A stretch of 64,000 nt of DNA from Chitinophagales bacterium (GCA_038204855.1 JBBRCM010000003.1:620-64619); one strand, 5' to 3'. Positions 38,122 through 48,943 are shown, counted from the stretch's first letter. The notes: generated by a model not told the origin, from the letters alone. Numbers and translations: made by a program.

Positions 38122-39318
38122 TTACTTCGTTGTTATCCCCTGACCTTCGTACAAATTCTGAAAACCTTCGGTAACCAATTGATCACCTGCACTAAGGCCC
38201 GCCTTTATTTCAACCTTTTCGCCATACACTTCGCCAAGTGTTACAATTACACGGTGTGCAACAGTTTTTCCATTGCTGCTTTTGCTAAGTACAAAAACAT
38301 ATTTTCCTGTTTCATCGCTTTGTACCACATTAACGGGTATTACAACAACATTTGCTGCTGCGTAATCAAGAATTTTTACTACCGCCGACTGGCTTGGTTT
38401 TAAAATGGGATCGTAAGGAATTTTTGCTTCGGCAATAAAACCCCGTTGGTTTGGATCAACTGACTGGCTGACTAGTGAAATGGTTGAATTAATTGTTTTG
38501 TTTGCATCCGGAATAGTTATCTGCACCTGCGAACCCTTGCGCAGTCTGGTTAAATAATTTTCCGGCACATTGGTAACAACTTTTAATGAAGAGGTATTTA
38601 CAATTTTTATTTGCCCCATTCCCGGAAAACTTTCTCCAACTCTAACTGTTACCACATCAGCAATACCGGTAACGTCACTGTAAACATTTGCAGTGTTCAA
38701 TTGCTCCTGTAGTGTTTTTATGTTTTCGCCTGCGGCAGATAATTGATTTTCTAAACTGGTTACACTTGTTTTGGCTGTAATAAGCTGCACTTCAGTACCA
38801 ATACCTTCTTTCCAAAGATTTTGCTGGCGTTGATAAATATTCTTTGCATAGCCCAGTTGCGTTTTTATACCTTCCAGTTGTTGCTTTGCCGCAGTTACAC
38901 TCTGGCGCATAATAGCATCATCAAGCTTTAAAAGCAGTTGCCCCTTTTTTACCAACTGACCCTGCTGTACATACAATGCTCTGACCTGCCCACCCATACC
39001 CCTTGTGGATATGTACGAAATGTTTTCGGCATCTACCCTGCCCTGCAGATCTATATAATGTTTAAAATCCTGCGTGGTTACGGGAGCCACTGCAACCAGT
39101 TTAATCTTAGCAGCATTGGCAGTTGCGCTGTCCACTTTTTCCAGTTCGGCCTGTAGTTTGGCAATCTCTGCTTCGTTTTTCGCCTTGGTTGATTTTAATT
39201 TTTCAAGCTCAGCTTTTTTATCATTAATGCCGGCAGCATCATCTTTTTTACTTCCTCCGCAGGATGCAAATAGAACTGTTGCAAAAAGGGCTATCGAAAT
39301 TTGTGTTATTCTTTTCAT
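38122..39318 (-). CDS. RND efflux periplasmic adaptor (MFP) lipoprotein
   Basis: Lipobox FASC; GQLVKKGQLL; GLSAGDQLVTEG. Confidence 0.92.
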   Translation of the reverse strand: MKRITQISIALFATVLFASCGGSKKDDAAGINDKKAELEKLKSTKAKNEAEIAKLQAELEKVDSATANAAKIKLVAVAPVTTQDFKHYIDLQGRVDAENISYISTRGMGGQVRALYVQQGQLVKKGQLLLKLDDAIMRQSVTAAKQQLEGIKTQLGYAKNIYQRQQNLWKEGIGTEVQLITAKTSVTSLENQLSAAGENIKTLQEQLNTANVYSDVTGIADVVTVRVGESFPGMGQIKIVNTSSLKVVTNVPENYLTRLRKGSQVQITIPDANKTINSTISLVSQSVDPNQRGFIAEAKIPYDPILKPSQSAVVKILDYAAANVVVIPVNVVQSDETGKYVFVLSKSSNGKTVAHRVIVTLGEVYGEKVEIKAGLSAGDQLVTEGFQNLYEGQGITTK

Positions 39319-39338
39319 CTGTTTATAGTTAATCTGTT

Positions 39339-40742
39339 TTAATTAAATTTTCCGGTGGCTTTTAAAAAGTCAATCTTTGCAATAATGGCATCGTACAATG
39401 CAGTGATATAATTGGTTTGTGCTGTCTTCAGCTCAACCTGCGCCGCATTAATAGCGGTTGCATCACCGGTTCCAATCTCATATTTCTTTTTTGTCTGGCC
39501 GTACACTTTTTCTGCAAGCTCCATATTCTTCTTTTGAAAGTCCATGGAGGCGATGGCTGAAATAAAATTATTTTTAGCAGTTTCAACTTCGCCATCAATA
39601 TTTATTTTCAATGCCTCTGACTGATTTTGTGATTTCTGCAACTCCAGCCTTGCCTTTTGGGTACGGGCCTTTAATGCAAACCCATTAAATATCGGCACCT
39701 TCATCTGCAATCCCAGGTAAGAGCTGGTAAACCAATCTCCTTTGCCAAAGAAATCAAATTTATAACGCTGTGCCTGCTTGCTGTAACCACCTACCAGGAA
39801 CACAGATGGTAACTGGCTTAACTTATACCTGCGCACATTTAACCCGTTTAATTTATTGGCAGTTTCGCTTATCTGAAAATCTTTCCGGTCTGTATATTTA
39901 TACTGACTGGCTTCCAGTACTCCATCTCTTATTTTACTGTCATCAAGTGTATCAGTAAGCACTAAGCTGTCTTTAACAGGCATACCCATCAAAACCTTTA
40001 AACCAGAATAGCCGTTGGCAATCATATTGTTTGCCTTCAATTTTTCTGTTTGCAGGTTGGCAAGCTGTACCGAAAGTTTGTCAATATCTACCCGTTCGGT
40101 AAACCCATTGTCATACATAATCTGCACATCATGTTTTAGTTTTTCCAGTCTGGTTATATTGGCATCCAGCAATTGAATCTGCACTTTACCCGTCACCAGT
40201 TGATAATATACTTTATGCACGTTTGCTATAATATTCTCTTCTGTTAATTTTTCGATTTGCTCCATGTAACTAACTGTACCATTGCGTGCTTTCAAGGCAA
40301 TAAAAACCTGGCCATCAAAAACGATCTGGCTTAATGTTACACCTGCATTGGCATTCCACGGAGTACCAAATTGAAATGGCAGGTTTCCAAAACCACCAGA
40401 CGGGTACTTGATTGCCTGGCCATTACCATCTTTAACACCGTTATCAACCAGCACTTTATAGGTAGCCGGACTTATAAAATCCGGAACAACCTGAACCGGA
40501 ATATCAATATTACGGGTTAGTGCCATACTTCCGTTTATTTGTGGCAAGGCAATCGAAGTAACATCCCTGTTCGTTTGTTTCTGTATTAGAACATCCAGCA
40601 GTGCATTTTTTACCTGCACAGCATTCTTTTTGGCATAATCTGCTGCCTGTTGCACGGTAAACGAGTTTACTGTTTGTGCATTTGTTATGTTTAAAGCCAG
40701 CATACATGTTATCAGTAAACTATAATTCCTTAATTTTTTCAT
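39339..40742 (-). CDS. TolC family outer membrane efflux protein
   Basis: Signal peptide, duplicated OEP helices, VPIFNG; operon with MFP and RND. Confidence 0.9.
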   Translation of the reverse strand: MKKLRNYSLLITCMLALNITNAQTVNSFTVQQAADYAKKNAVQVKNALLDVLIQKQTNRDVTSIALPQINGSMALTRNIDIPVQVVPDFISPATYKVLVDNGVKDGNGQAIKYPSGGFGNLPFQFGTPWNANAGVTLSQIVFDGQVFIALKARNGTVSYMEQIEKLTEENIIANVHKVYYQLVTGKVQIQLLDANITRLEKLKHDVQIMYDNGFTERVDIDKLSVQLANLQTEKLKANNMIANGYSGLKVLMGMPVKDSLVLTDTLDDSKIRDGVLEASQYKYTDRKDFQISETANKLNGLNVRRYKLSQLPSVFLVGGYSKQAQRYKFDFFGKGDWFTSSYLGLQMKVPIFNGFALKARTQKARLELQKSQNQSEALKINIDGEVETAKNNFISAIASMDFQKKNMELAEKVYGQTKKKYEIGTGDATAINAAQVELKTAQTNYITALYDAIIAKIDFLKATGKFN

Positions 40743-40762
40743 CACGATTTTTTTATTACTTT

Positions 40763-41398
40763 TTATTTTTTTGCTGATTCATTTTCTTTTTGTTCAGTAT
40801 ACTTTAAAATCAGTTTATACCCTTTAAGTGATACAAGGCCAAAAAGGTAATGGGTGATAATTTCCTCCTCAATCTTTAACAGGCTTTGTTTTACGCTGCG
40901 TTGAAATTCGGGATTAAACGCGGTGAGCATGGTTTCCACTCTATACCTTGCCAGGATATCCACATTTATTTCGGGCCGGTACAATTCTTCAGCTATGCCT
41001 CTTTGCAGGTTTTGCCTGCATATATTATACAGGTAATCATTCCGATGTTTCTGAAATTTTACAAATGCTGCAGGGTGGTATTTCTGCATATCAAAAAGAA
41101 TGGAGGGGTTCATGGTTTTAAACATTTCTACCATCATATCCATTACCAGAAAGATTTCGTGAACCGCATTATCAGCTTTTTCCCGGTCAGCGTTGCACAC
41201 GCATTGGTTGGTATCAATGATATCATCGACTACCGCCTCCACCAGTTCATCCTTATCTTTAAAATACTGGTAAATGGTTTTTTTGCTCATGCCCAGGTGT
41301 GCCGCAATATCATCCATACTTACACTGCGTATGCCGTATTGCATTACCAGGTTGTGTGCCGCCTGCTTAATCCGTTGTTTTGTATCTATCTCTGCCAT
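40763..41398 (-). CDS. TetR/AcrR family transcriptional regulator
   Basis: GIRSVSMDDIAAHLGMSKKTIYQYFKDKDEL HTH; start placed at MAEIDT. Confidence 0.92.
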   Translation of the reverse strand: MAEIDTKQRIKQAAHNLVMQYGIRSVSMDDIAAHLGMSKKTIYQYFKDKDELVEAVVDDIIDTNQCVCNADREKADNAVHEIFLVMDMMVEMFKTMNPSILFDMQKYHPAAFVKFQKHRNDYLYNICRQNLQRGIAEELYRPEINVDILARYRVETMLTAFNPEFQRSVKQSLLKIEEEIITHYLFGLVSLKGYKLILKYTEQKENESAKK

Positions 41399-41416
41399 AA
41401 TCGGGCACAAAACTAA

Positions 41417-41444
41417 GGAAACTTTTTGTGTAACTAAAGTTTCC
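41417..41444. promoter_or_regulatory. putative TetR operator
   Basis: Perfect 9-bp IR GGAAACTTT-N10-AAAGTTTCC next to -7 element TAGTTTTG (41408-41415, minus strand). Confidence 0.7.
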
Positions 41445-41575
41445 GTCATGTTTTTTCTCAGTTGATAACAATTATTTAATAAGCGGTCATATTTAATGAT
41501 GAGTGAGTAATAGCCAATCACCGGGTCTTTTGTAGCTCTTTAAACAATTATCTTTGTTTAGCTAAACAACTAATT

Positions 41576-42193
41576 ATGAACAAGCGTTTCCATTATCAAA
41601 GAATGCTGCAGTATTTGCTGCAGGGGTTACTTATTTTAGGGCCGGTAACTATAACCGCCTATTTTATTTACTGGGCCGTTTCATCAATCGATGGGTTGAT
41701 TCCTATTTTTTCCTATACGGATGCACAGGGCATTGTACATGTTAGAAATTATGGAATCGGGTTTGTGATCATTATTGTTTTTTTAATTATGATCGGGTAT
41801 TTCAGCTCTTTTTTTATAACAAGCCGCTTTGTAAGTTTTATTGATAAACTGCTTGAAAAAACACCAGGCATTAAACATATTTACGCAACCACCCGTGATT
41901 TTTTTGAGGCTTTTGCTGGCGAGAACAAAAAATTTACCAAACATGTGCTGGCCAATGTTGATGATAATGATGTTTGGCGTTTTGGTTTTATAACCAGGGA
42001 AGATATGGCCGATTTTGGTTTCAATGATTATGTAACCGTATATATTCCGATGGCTTACTCCATTGCCGGTAATGTATATGTAATACCTAAAAGCAGGGTA
42101 CGGCTTATCGATAACATAAGCGCCTCCCAAACCATGAAGTTTGCCTTAAGTGGCGGTGTAACCCATATTGACGAGGATGAAACAAAAAAATAA
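41576..42193 (+). CDS. DUF502 family membrane protein
   Basis: GLLILGPVTIT, PGIKHIY, GFIT, YIPMAYSIAG, SGG. Confidence 0.85.
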   Translation: MNKRFHYQRMLQYLLQGLLILGPVTITAYFIYWAVSSIDGLIPIFSYTDAQGIVHVRNYGIGFVIIIVFLIMIGYFSSFFITSRFVSFIDKLLEKTPGIKHIYATTRDFFEAFAGENKKFTKHVLANVDDNDVWRFGFITREDMADFGFNDYVTVYIPMAYSIAGNVYVIPKSRVRLIDNISASQTMKFALSGGVTHIDEDETKK

Positions 42194-42229
42194 ATAAGCT
42201 GTATATTTAAGCAGCTAAATAAGGTAACG

Positions 42230-43210
42230 ATGAAAAAAGCTGTTCAATATTTACTGCTGCTTTTTGTTTTACTATTCCCAGCTCAACAGCTCTACTGTTG
42301 GGGGTTTTACGCTCATCAAAAAATAAATTACTACGCTGTTTTTTTGCTGCCGCCCGAAATGTTGGTATTGTACAAACCAAACATCAGCTTCCTGAGCGAA
42401 CACGCCATTGACCCCGATAAAAGAAGATATGCAGTGCCGGATGAAGGTCCGAGGCATTATATAGATATTGATCATTACGGTACTTATCCATATACCGGCT
42501 TACCCAGGAAATGGAAAGATGCAGTTGAAAAATTTGGCGAAGATTCTTTAAAGCAGCACGGTATTGTACCCTGGCATGTACAAAACATGTTGTACCGGTT
42601 AACGGATGCTTTTAAAGAAAAAAATTACAGCAACATCATGAAATACAGTGCCGATATTGGCCATTACATTTCAGATGCACATGTGCCGCTGCACGCCAGC
42701 AGCAACCACAACGGGCAGCTTACCAATCAAAAAGGTATTCACGGGTTTTGGGAAAGCCGTGTGCCGGAATTACTGGCCGAAAAGGAATTTGACTTTTTTA
42801 TTGGTAAGGCAGACTACATACAAAACCCCGGAGACTTTATCTGGAAGCGGGTTTTGGAAAGTGCCGCTGCTGCCGATACTGTTTTAACATACGAACGTGA
42901 GCTTACAAAAAAATTCCCTGACGATAAAAAATATGCTTTTGAAAACAGGAATGGCAAAACAATTCGCCAGTATTCATCAGCATTTACCATTGTTTATAAT
43001 AAAATGCTGGATGGTATGATTGAGCGGCGGATGCAGCAATCAATTTATGCCATTGCATCATTCTGGTACACAGCCTGGGTTAATGCAGGCCAGCCGGATT
43101 TGAAAGGACTGGTTAGTCAAAAATTTACTGAAGCAGATATAAAAGAATTTGAAAACCTTAATAAACAATGGGCTTCGGGTGGTAAAATGATTGGGAGAGG
43201 TGAAGATTAG
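42230..43210 (+). CDS. S1/P1 nuclease / zinc-dependent phospholipase C family protein
   Basis: Mature N-terminus WGFYAH; HYIDID, HYISDAHVPLH, IHGFWES. Confidence 0.85.
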   Translation: MKKAVQYLLLLFVLLFPAQQLYCWGFYAHQKINYYAVFLLPPEMLVLYKPNISFLSEHAIDPDKRRYAVPDEGPRHYIDIDHYGTYPYTGLPRKWKDAVEKFGEDSLKQHGIVPWHVQNMLYRLTDAFKEKNYSNIMKYSADIGHYISDAHVPLHASSNHNGQLTNQKGIHGFWESRVPELLAEKEFDFFIGKADYIQNPGDFIWKRVLESAAAADTVLTYERELTKKFPDDKKYAFENRNGKTIRQYSSAFTIVYNKMLDGMIERRMQQSIYAIASFWYTAWVNAGQPDLKGLVSQKFTEADIKEFENLNKQWASGGKMIGRGED

Positions 43211-43230
43211 CGATCATTGCTTAAACCATA

Positions 43231-43773
43231 TTGATTTTGAAAATTAATTTTAAATATATCCTCCTTACTGCTGTTGCAGTTTTTTTATCTTTTGAGCTGC
43301 ATGAGTTAGCGCATTTTTTTACCGGTGAATACCTGGGGAATAAAATGGCCATGACGTTAAATTCAGGATACCCGGTTAATGGTTTTTACCTGGAGGAATG
43401 GCAATATTCCGTAGTAAGTGCTGCCGGACCATTATTTACTATTTTACAAGCCCTCATTTTTTATTTTTTGCTGAAGAAGAACAATAATTATTATTTATAC
43501 CCCTGGTTATTAATTCCGTTCTTTTTACGGTTTAGCGCTATGGTATTGAGTTTTAGAAACCCCAATGATGAAGCAAGAATAAGTACATATCTGGGGCTGG
43601 GTAAGTTTACACTTCCGTTACTTGTAAGTATCTTTCTGTTTTTTTTAGTCTTTAAAGTTAACCAAAAGTATAGTTACACAAAACGTTTTAATCTTTTTTC
43701 TGTTTTGCTGATAATCTTTTTTTACTCAGCTATAATCCTTACTGATAAATATTTTCACATCAGGTTATTATAA
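43231..43773 (+). CDS. membrane protein with HExxH motif (M50-like candidate)
   Basis: HELAH near a TM, SAAGP and NPND motifs; 5-6 TM. Confidence 0.6.
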   Translation: MILKINFKYILLTAVAVFLSFELHELAHFFTGEYLGNKMAMTLNSGYPVNGFYLEEWQYSVVSAAGPLFTILQALIFYFLLKKNNNYYLYPWLLIPFFLRFSAMVLSFRNPNDEARISTYLGLGKFTLPLLVSIFLFFLVFKVNQKYSYTKRFNLFSVLLIIFFYSAIILTDKYFHIRLL

Positions 43774-43847
43774 ACAAGCGGGAAGAAATTTTTTATTTTG
43801 TATTTTTGCAGCTTCTTTATTTTTAATCGCAAAAATCTACGTCATCA

Positions 43848-44903
43848 GTGGTTCACAATTTCAACGCAGGCCCATCTATCTTACCAAAATCAGTTTTTGA
43901 AGAAGCATCACAGGCAATTCTTAATTTCAACAATACGGGTTTATCTATTTTAGAAATTGGCCACCGCACATCGCTTTTTCAGGAAGTAATGGATGAGGCA
44001 AGGGCATTGGTTAAAGAACTGATGCTGTTGGATGATGATCACGAAATATTATTTCTGCATGGCGGTGCATCTACCCAGTTTATGCAGGTGCCTGTTAATT
44101 TGCTGGATGATAAAGAAACCGCTGCATTTACCGATACCGGTGTATGGAGTACAAAGGCCATAAAGGAAGCGAAGCTTTATGGCAAGGTTGAAGTGGTATG
44201 CAGTAGCAAGGAAAGTAATTTCACTTTTATTCCTAAAGATTTTGCAGTACCGAATGATGCAAAATATCTACACATTACCACCAATAATACCATTTACGGT
44301 ACGCAATGGCAAAAGATACCCAAAACCAGTAACAGCCTTGTTGCCGATATGAGCAGCGACATTTTAAGCAGGGTTTTAGATTTTAACGCTTTCGATCTTA
44401 TTTATGCAGGTGCACAAAAAAATGTTGGCGCTGCTGGGGTTAACCTGGTGGTGGTAAACAAAAATATTTTAGGAAAAGTAAAACGCACCATACCAACTAT
44501 TTTAGATTACCGCAATCACATTAAGGAAGGCAGCATGTTAAACACGCCGCCTGTGTTCGCCATATATGTATGTATGCTTACACTACGGTGGCTAAAGGCA
44601 CAAGGTGGTGTGGCCGCAATTGAGAAACTTAACGATGCAAAAGCTGCTTTGCTGTATGCTGCTATTGATGAAAGCCCTTTATTTACCGGCACCGTAAATA
44701 AAGAAGACCGAAGTAAAATGAATGTTTGTTTTGTGATGAACGACACATCGCAGGAAGAAGCATTTTTAAAATATACCAAAGAAAATGGCATTGTTGGTAT
44801 TAAAGGGCATCGGCTTGTGGGCGGCTTCAGGGCATCGCTGTATAATGCCCTACCAATAAGCAGTGTAGAGGTTCTTGTTAAGTTAATTAAAGACTTTAAA
44901 TGA
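43848..44903 (+). CDS. serC: phosphoserine aminotransferase
   Basis: NFNAGPS, DMSS, AGAQKN, NTPP, GHRLVGGFRASLYNA. Confidence 0.96.
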   Translation: MVHNFNAGPSILPKSVFEEASQAILNFNNTGLSILEIGHRTSLFQEVMDEARALVKELMLLDDDHEILFLHGGASTQFMQVPVNLLDDKETAAFTDTGVWSTKAIKEAKLYGKVEVVCSSKESNFTFIPKDFAVPNDAKYLHITTNNTIYGTQWQKIPKTSNSLVADMSSDILSRVLDFNAFDLIYAGAQKNVGAAGVNLVVVNKNILGKVKRTIPTILDYRNHIKEGSMLNTPPVFAIYVCMLTLRWLKAQGGVAAIEKLNDAKAALLYAAIDESPLFTGTVNKEDRSKMNVCFVMNDTSQEEAFLKYTKENGIVGIKGHRLVGGFRASLYNALPISSVEVLVKLIKDFK

Positions 44904-45430
44904 AAAAATGTATTTGTCTTGCACTGATAATCTGTTTTGGTACGCTTGCTTTTTCGCAGGACGTTATAATTAATGGAGTAATTAAAAACAGGCCATTAAT
45001 TTGGGCTGATTTTAAAGGAGAGCCTGATAGAGGTTCATCCTATGATGCAAGCACTTATTGGACCATGAATTATAATATTAAAGGCATCAGTTTTAGGGGA
45101 GATACGGCAAAAATCAGTGGCTTTTCTATAGTACTTTCTTTGCAGGAAAAGCTTTCCTGGTCGAAATCGGAGAAACAAACAGATGTTTTATTAAAACACG
45201 AACAAGGGCATTTTGATCTGGCGTTGATTTGCCAGCGTGAAGCTATCCGGGAATTAAGCAGCACTATTTTTTTTAAGAACGATTTCAAAGATAAAATACC
45301 AACTATTTTTTCATCTATTCTTAAAAAATATCAGTCGTTGGAATCTAAATATGACGAAGAGACCGACCACAGCAAGAACCGGGCAGCACAGGATACCTGG
45401 AATAATTTCATTGCCGGCGAACTGAAATAA
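44900..45430 (+). CDS. DUF922-like secreted Zn-peptidase candidate
   Basis: LIWADFKG, SW, LLKHEQGHFDL, YDEETDH. Confidence 0.75.
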   Translation: MKKCICLALIICFGTLAFSQDVIINGVIKNRPLIWADFKGEPDRGSSYDASTYWTMNYNIKGISFRGDTAKISGFSIVLSLQEKLSWSKSEKQTDVLLKHEQGHFDLALICQREAIRELSSTIFFKNDFKDKIPTIFSSILKKYQSLESKYDEETDHSKNRAAQDTWNNFIAGELK

Positions 45431-45488
45431 TTCTTTTATTTCATTAACCCGAAACTGGCTATTTTTATAATCGTTTTAATATTCATTT

Positions 45489-46727
45489 ATGGTAACTATA
45501 TCTCCCTTTAAAGCACTAAGGCCCGCAGCAGAACTGGCAAAGCAGGTAGCATCACGCCCCTATGATGTATTGAACAGTAAAGAGGCTAAAACAGAGGCCC
45601 AGGGAAATAATGTAAGTTTTTTGCACATCACTAAAAGCGAAATTGATTTGCCCGAAACCATCGACATACATGCACCAGCAGTGTACGAAAAAGCAAAAGA
45701 AAACCTGGATGCTTTTTTAAGCCATAATATTTTATTTAAAGAAAGCAAAGCCTGTTATTACATTTACGAATTGCAAATGAACGGCAAAAGCCAAACCGGT
45801 TTGGTTTGCGGAAGCTCAGTTGAAGATTATGAAAACGACCTGATAAAAAAACACGAATTTACCCGCCCTGAAAAAGAGCAGGACAGGATCAACCATATAA
45901 AAACAACCGGTGCTCAAACCGGAAATGTATTTTTAGCTTACCGCAATGTTGATGCAATTGATGCACTGATAAACAAGTGGAAAGAAAAAAGTCCTGTTTA
46001 TAATTTTACCGCCGACGATAATATTCAGCATACAGTTTGGATTGTAAACGATGATGATACCATTGAAAAAATCTCCGCCTTATTTAAAGAAAAAGTGCCC
46101 TGCACTTACATTGCAGATGGGCACCACCGGGCAGCTTCTGCAGCCAAAGTAAGGGCAGCGTTTGGCAGCCAGGCACCTGCGGGCGCAAATATTTTTTTAA
46201 CCACGCTGTTTGCTGCAAATGATTTACACATTATGGATTATAACCGTGTGGTTAAAGATTTAAACGGACTTACTGATGACGATTTTTTATCGATGGTAAA
46301 AGATAAATTTTCTGTAGAAAAAGCAGATAAAGCATTTTCGCCGGCAATACTACATGAGATTGGTATGTATTTAAATAAGCAGTGGTATAGGCTGACTGCG
46401 CATGAAAATAGTTATACCGAAGACCCGATTGGAGTCCTTGATATATCAATCTTACAAAATAATTTATTAGATCCCGTTTTAAATATAAAAGACCAGCGTA
46501 CCGATAAAAGAATAGATTTTATCGGCGGTATCAGGGGTTTGCAGGAACTGGAGAAAAGGGTAAACAGCGGTGAAATGGCTGTGGCATTCAGTTTGCACCC
46601 CGTATCTATTCAGCAGTTATTCGATATTGCCGACAGCGGCAATGTAATGCCGCCTAAAAGCACCTGGTTTGAACCCAAGCTGAGAGACGGCCTGCTTACA
46701 CATTTAATAGCAGATGCGGAAGCTTAA
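45489..46727 (+). CDS. DUF1015 family protein
   Basis: PYDV, KKHEFT, IADGHHR, MPPKSTWFEPKLRDGL. Confidence 0.9.
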   Translation: MVTISPFKALRPAAELAKQVASRPYDVLNSKEAKTEAQGNNVSFLHITKSEIDLPETIDIHAPAVYEKAKENLDAFLSHNILFKESKACYYIYELQMNGKSQTGLVCGSSVEDYENDLIKKHEFTRPEKEQDRINHIKTTGAQTGNVFLAYRNVDAIDALINKWKEKSPVYNFTADDNIQHTVWIVNDDDTIEKISALFKEKVPCTYIADGHHRAASAAKVRAAFGSQAPAGANIFLTTLFAANDLHIMDYNRVVKDLNGLTDDDFLSMVKDKFSVEKADKAFSPAILHEIGMYLNKQWYRLTAHENSYTEDPIGVLDISILQNNLLDPVLNIKDQRTDKRIDFIGGIRGLQELEKRVNSGEMAVAFSLHPVSIQQLFDIADSGNVMPPKSTWFEPKLRDGLLTHLIADAEA

Positions 46728-46790
46728 TTACAACTGTTAATCTTTAAAGCACCACACTCTTTTATTACTTTACATTGTATCTTTAATTTG

Positions 46791-47792
46791 ATGAAAAAAA
46801 TACTTTTAATACTGGTTGCGGTTGTTTGCCAAACCATTTTGTTTGCACAGGATGCAAAACAGTTACAGGATAATGCAAGGGATTTTATGCATAAAGGAGA
46901 TTATGCCAATGCAATTCTTATACTTAACCGGGCATTGACCAAAGAACCCGGCAACATTGAAATTGCCAAAGACCTCGGGCTTAATTATTATTACTCCAAA
47001 GATTATAATAAATGTATTGAGGTATTAAAATCTTTATTCGAAAGGAACGATGTGGATGACCAATGCTTCCAGATAGCGGGAGATGCCTATTGGGCTTTGG
47101 AAGATGCCAAGGGTGCAGAACAAACTTACAGAAAAGGCATTAAAAAATTGCCAACCAGCGGCCCGCTATACAACGAGCTTGGTAAAGTACTGTGGAGCCG
47201 GAGTGATTTTGGTGCAATTAAAGAATGGGAAAAAGGAATTGAAAATGACCCAGGTTTTGCGGGCAATTATTACAATGCCAGCAAGTATTATTATTTTACC
47301 TCCGATAAAGTGTGGAGTTTATTGTATGGCGAAATCTTTATAAACATTGACCCGAAAAGCCCTTACACCCCCGAAATAAAAAATATTTTACTGGAAGGTT
47401 ACAAAAAATTGTTTGCAGATGCCAACCTGGAAAAAAACAGTAAAGACAAAAGCCCTTTTGCAACTTCCTATTTAAAAACTATGAACAAACAAAGTTCACT
47501 GGTAAACTCAGGTATAAACACTGAGACTTTAACCATGATCAGGACTCGCTTTATTTTAGAATGGGATGCCAATGGCAATGCAGCAAAATTTCCATTTAGA
47601 TTATTTCAATTGCAAAAGCAATATATACAGGAAGGTTTGTTTGATGCCTATAATCAATGGGTTTTTGCGACTGCCGAAAATTTACCTGCTTATCAAACAT
47701 GGACAAATACACACAGCAAAGAATATATTGCATTAAACCGGTTTTTACAGGACAGGATATTTAAAGTGCCTGCCGGGCAGTATTATCATTAA
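46791..47792 (+). CDS. tetratricopeptide repeat protein
   Basis: Signal peptide and TPR-like repeats; YGEIF. Confidence 0.8.
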   Translation: MKKILLILVAVVCQTILFAQDAKQLQDNARDFMHKGDYANAILILNRALTKEPGNIEIAKDLGLNYYYSKDYNKCIEVLKSLFERNDVDDQCFQIAGDAYWALEDAKGAEQTYRKGIKKLPTSGPLYNELGKVLWSRSDFGAIKEWEKGIENDPGFAGNYYNASKYYYFTSDKVWSLLYGEIFINIDPKSPYTPEIKNILLEGYKKLFADANLEKNSKDKSPFATSYLKTMNKQSSLVNSGINTETLTMIRTRFILEWDANGNAAKFPFRLFQLQKQYIQEGLFDAYNQWVFATAENLPAYQTWTNTHSKEYIALNRFLQDRIFKVPAGQYYH

Positions 47793-47847
47793 TAGTGGGT
47801 TGTAGGGTTGTTTCTGAGTTCAAATAATTTTTTTCTAAAACTCTTTT

Positions 47848-48594
47848 ATGAAACATTTACTCATTTTAGGATTGGTGTTTCTGTCACTGCCCATGCTGGG
47901 ACAAAAATCAAAACAGGCAAACAAAATTACTATTGGTTTCACCTTTTCTCCAGACTATAGTTTCAGAACACTTAAGAATGATGATGGCGGTAGTGCTGCC
48001 GACCTGGTAATAAATACCAGGAACGATATTGAAAAAGCAAAATTTGGTTACACTTCCGGTTTACGGGTAACCTTTAACTTCTCCCACTTAATTAGTTTTG
48101 AAACCGGTGTTCAGTACTCCAATAAAGGATATAAAACGATTGAGCAACAATTAATTTATTTTCCGCCAGACCCTGGTTCACCTGATAGAGCAACAACAAT
48201 TTATTCGTACCAATACATTGGCATTCCTTTAAAAGCAAAATTTGCATTCGGTAAAAGCAAAGCCCGTTTTGTTACCAGCGCTGGCTTCATCACCAATTTT
48301 TTAATTAACGTAAAGCAGTCAATCAATCTTAAATACGCAGATGGTACAAAAGAGAAAAAAAATCAAGCTTCAACTTCGCGATTTAACAAGGTTGATATTT
48401 CTCCATTAGTAAGTATTGGCGTTGATTACAAAATATCAGATAAAATTCATTTATCAGCAGAGCCAATTTTTAGATTCGGATTAATTAAGACTCAAAACGC
48501 TCCAGTTAAAGAAAATCTTTGGAGTGCAGGATTGGTTTTGGGTTTCTTGTACAGTTTAAATAACAAACATAAACATGGTTGCAACATTCCTTAA
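47848..48594 (+). CDS. outer membrane beta-barrel (porin/PorT-like) protein
   Basis: Signal peptide; GVQYSNKGY, YIGIPL; alternating strands. Confidence 0.75.
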   Translation: MKHLLILGLVFLSLPMLGQKSKQANKITIGFTFSPDYSFRTLKNDDGGSAADLVINTRNDIEKAKFGYTSGLRVTFNFSHLISFETGVQYSNKGYKTIEQQLIYFPPDPGSPDRATTIYSYQYIGIPLKAKFAFGKSKARFVTSAGFITNFLINVKQSINLKYADGTKEKKNQASTSRFNKVDISPLVSIGVDYKISDKIHLSAEPIFRFGLIKTQNAPVKENLWSAGLVLGFLYSLNNKHKHGCNIP

Positions 48595-48664
48595 GCCTAA
48601 CCCAGGCGCTAACCGTGTGCAAATCACTATTTTTTATTAACTTGTTGCTTAAACTCATATTTTT

Positions 48665-48943
48665 ATGGAAGAGCAACGCGATGAAAAATTATGGCAGCTT
48701 GCCAAACGCCGTGCTGATTTCCAAAACAGCCTGGTTGGATTTGTAATAACAACGGGAATTTGCTGGGTTATATGGTATTTAACCGCAGGCCGCCAAGGTA
48801 TTAATACGGGCACTCCCTGGCCTTTATGGGTGATGCTGGGTTTGGGTATTGGTCTGGTTTTTAAATTTACGAAAGCCTATAAAACTGATAAGGACACGAT
48901 TGCTGAACGTGAATACGAAAAGCTGAAAAATCAAAATAAATAA
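48665..48943 (+). CDS. 2TM domain-containing protein
   Basis: LWQLAKRRADF, PWPLWVMLG, EREYEKL. Confidence 0.8.
   Translation: MEEQRDEKLWQLAKRRADFQNSLVGFVITTGICWVIWYLTAGRQGINTGTPWPLWVMLGLGIGLVFKFTKAYKTDKDTIAEREYEKLKNQNK

Noticed and set aside
37983-38174. 63-aa ORF MASPQPLSKGEG... and the N-terminal extension of the RND ORF to 37948
   Set aside because: Both are translations of the REP-like palindromes
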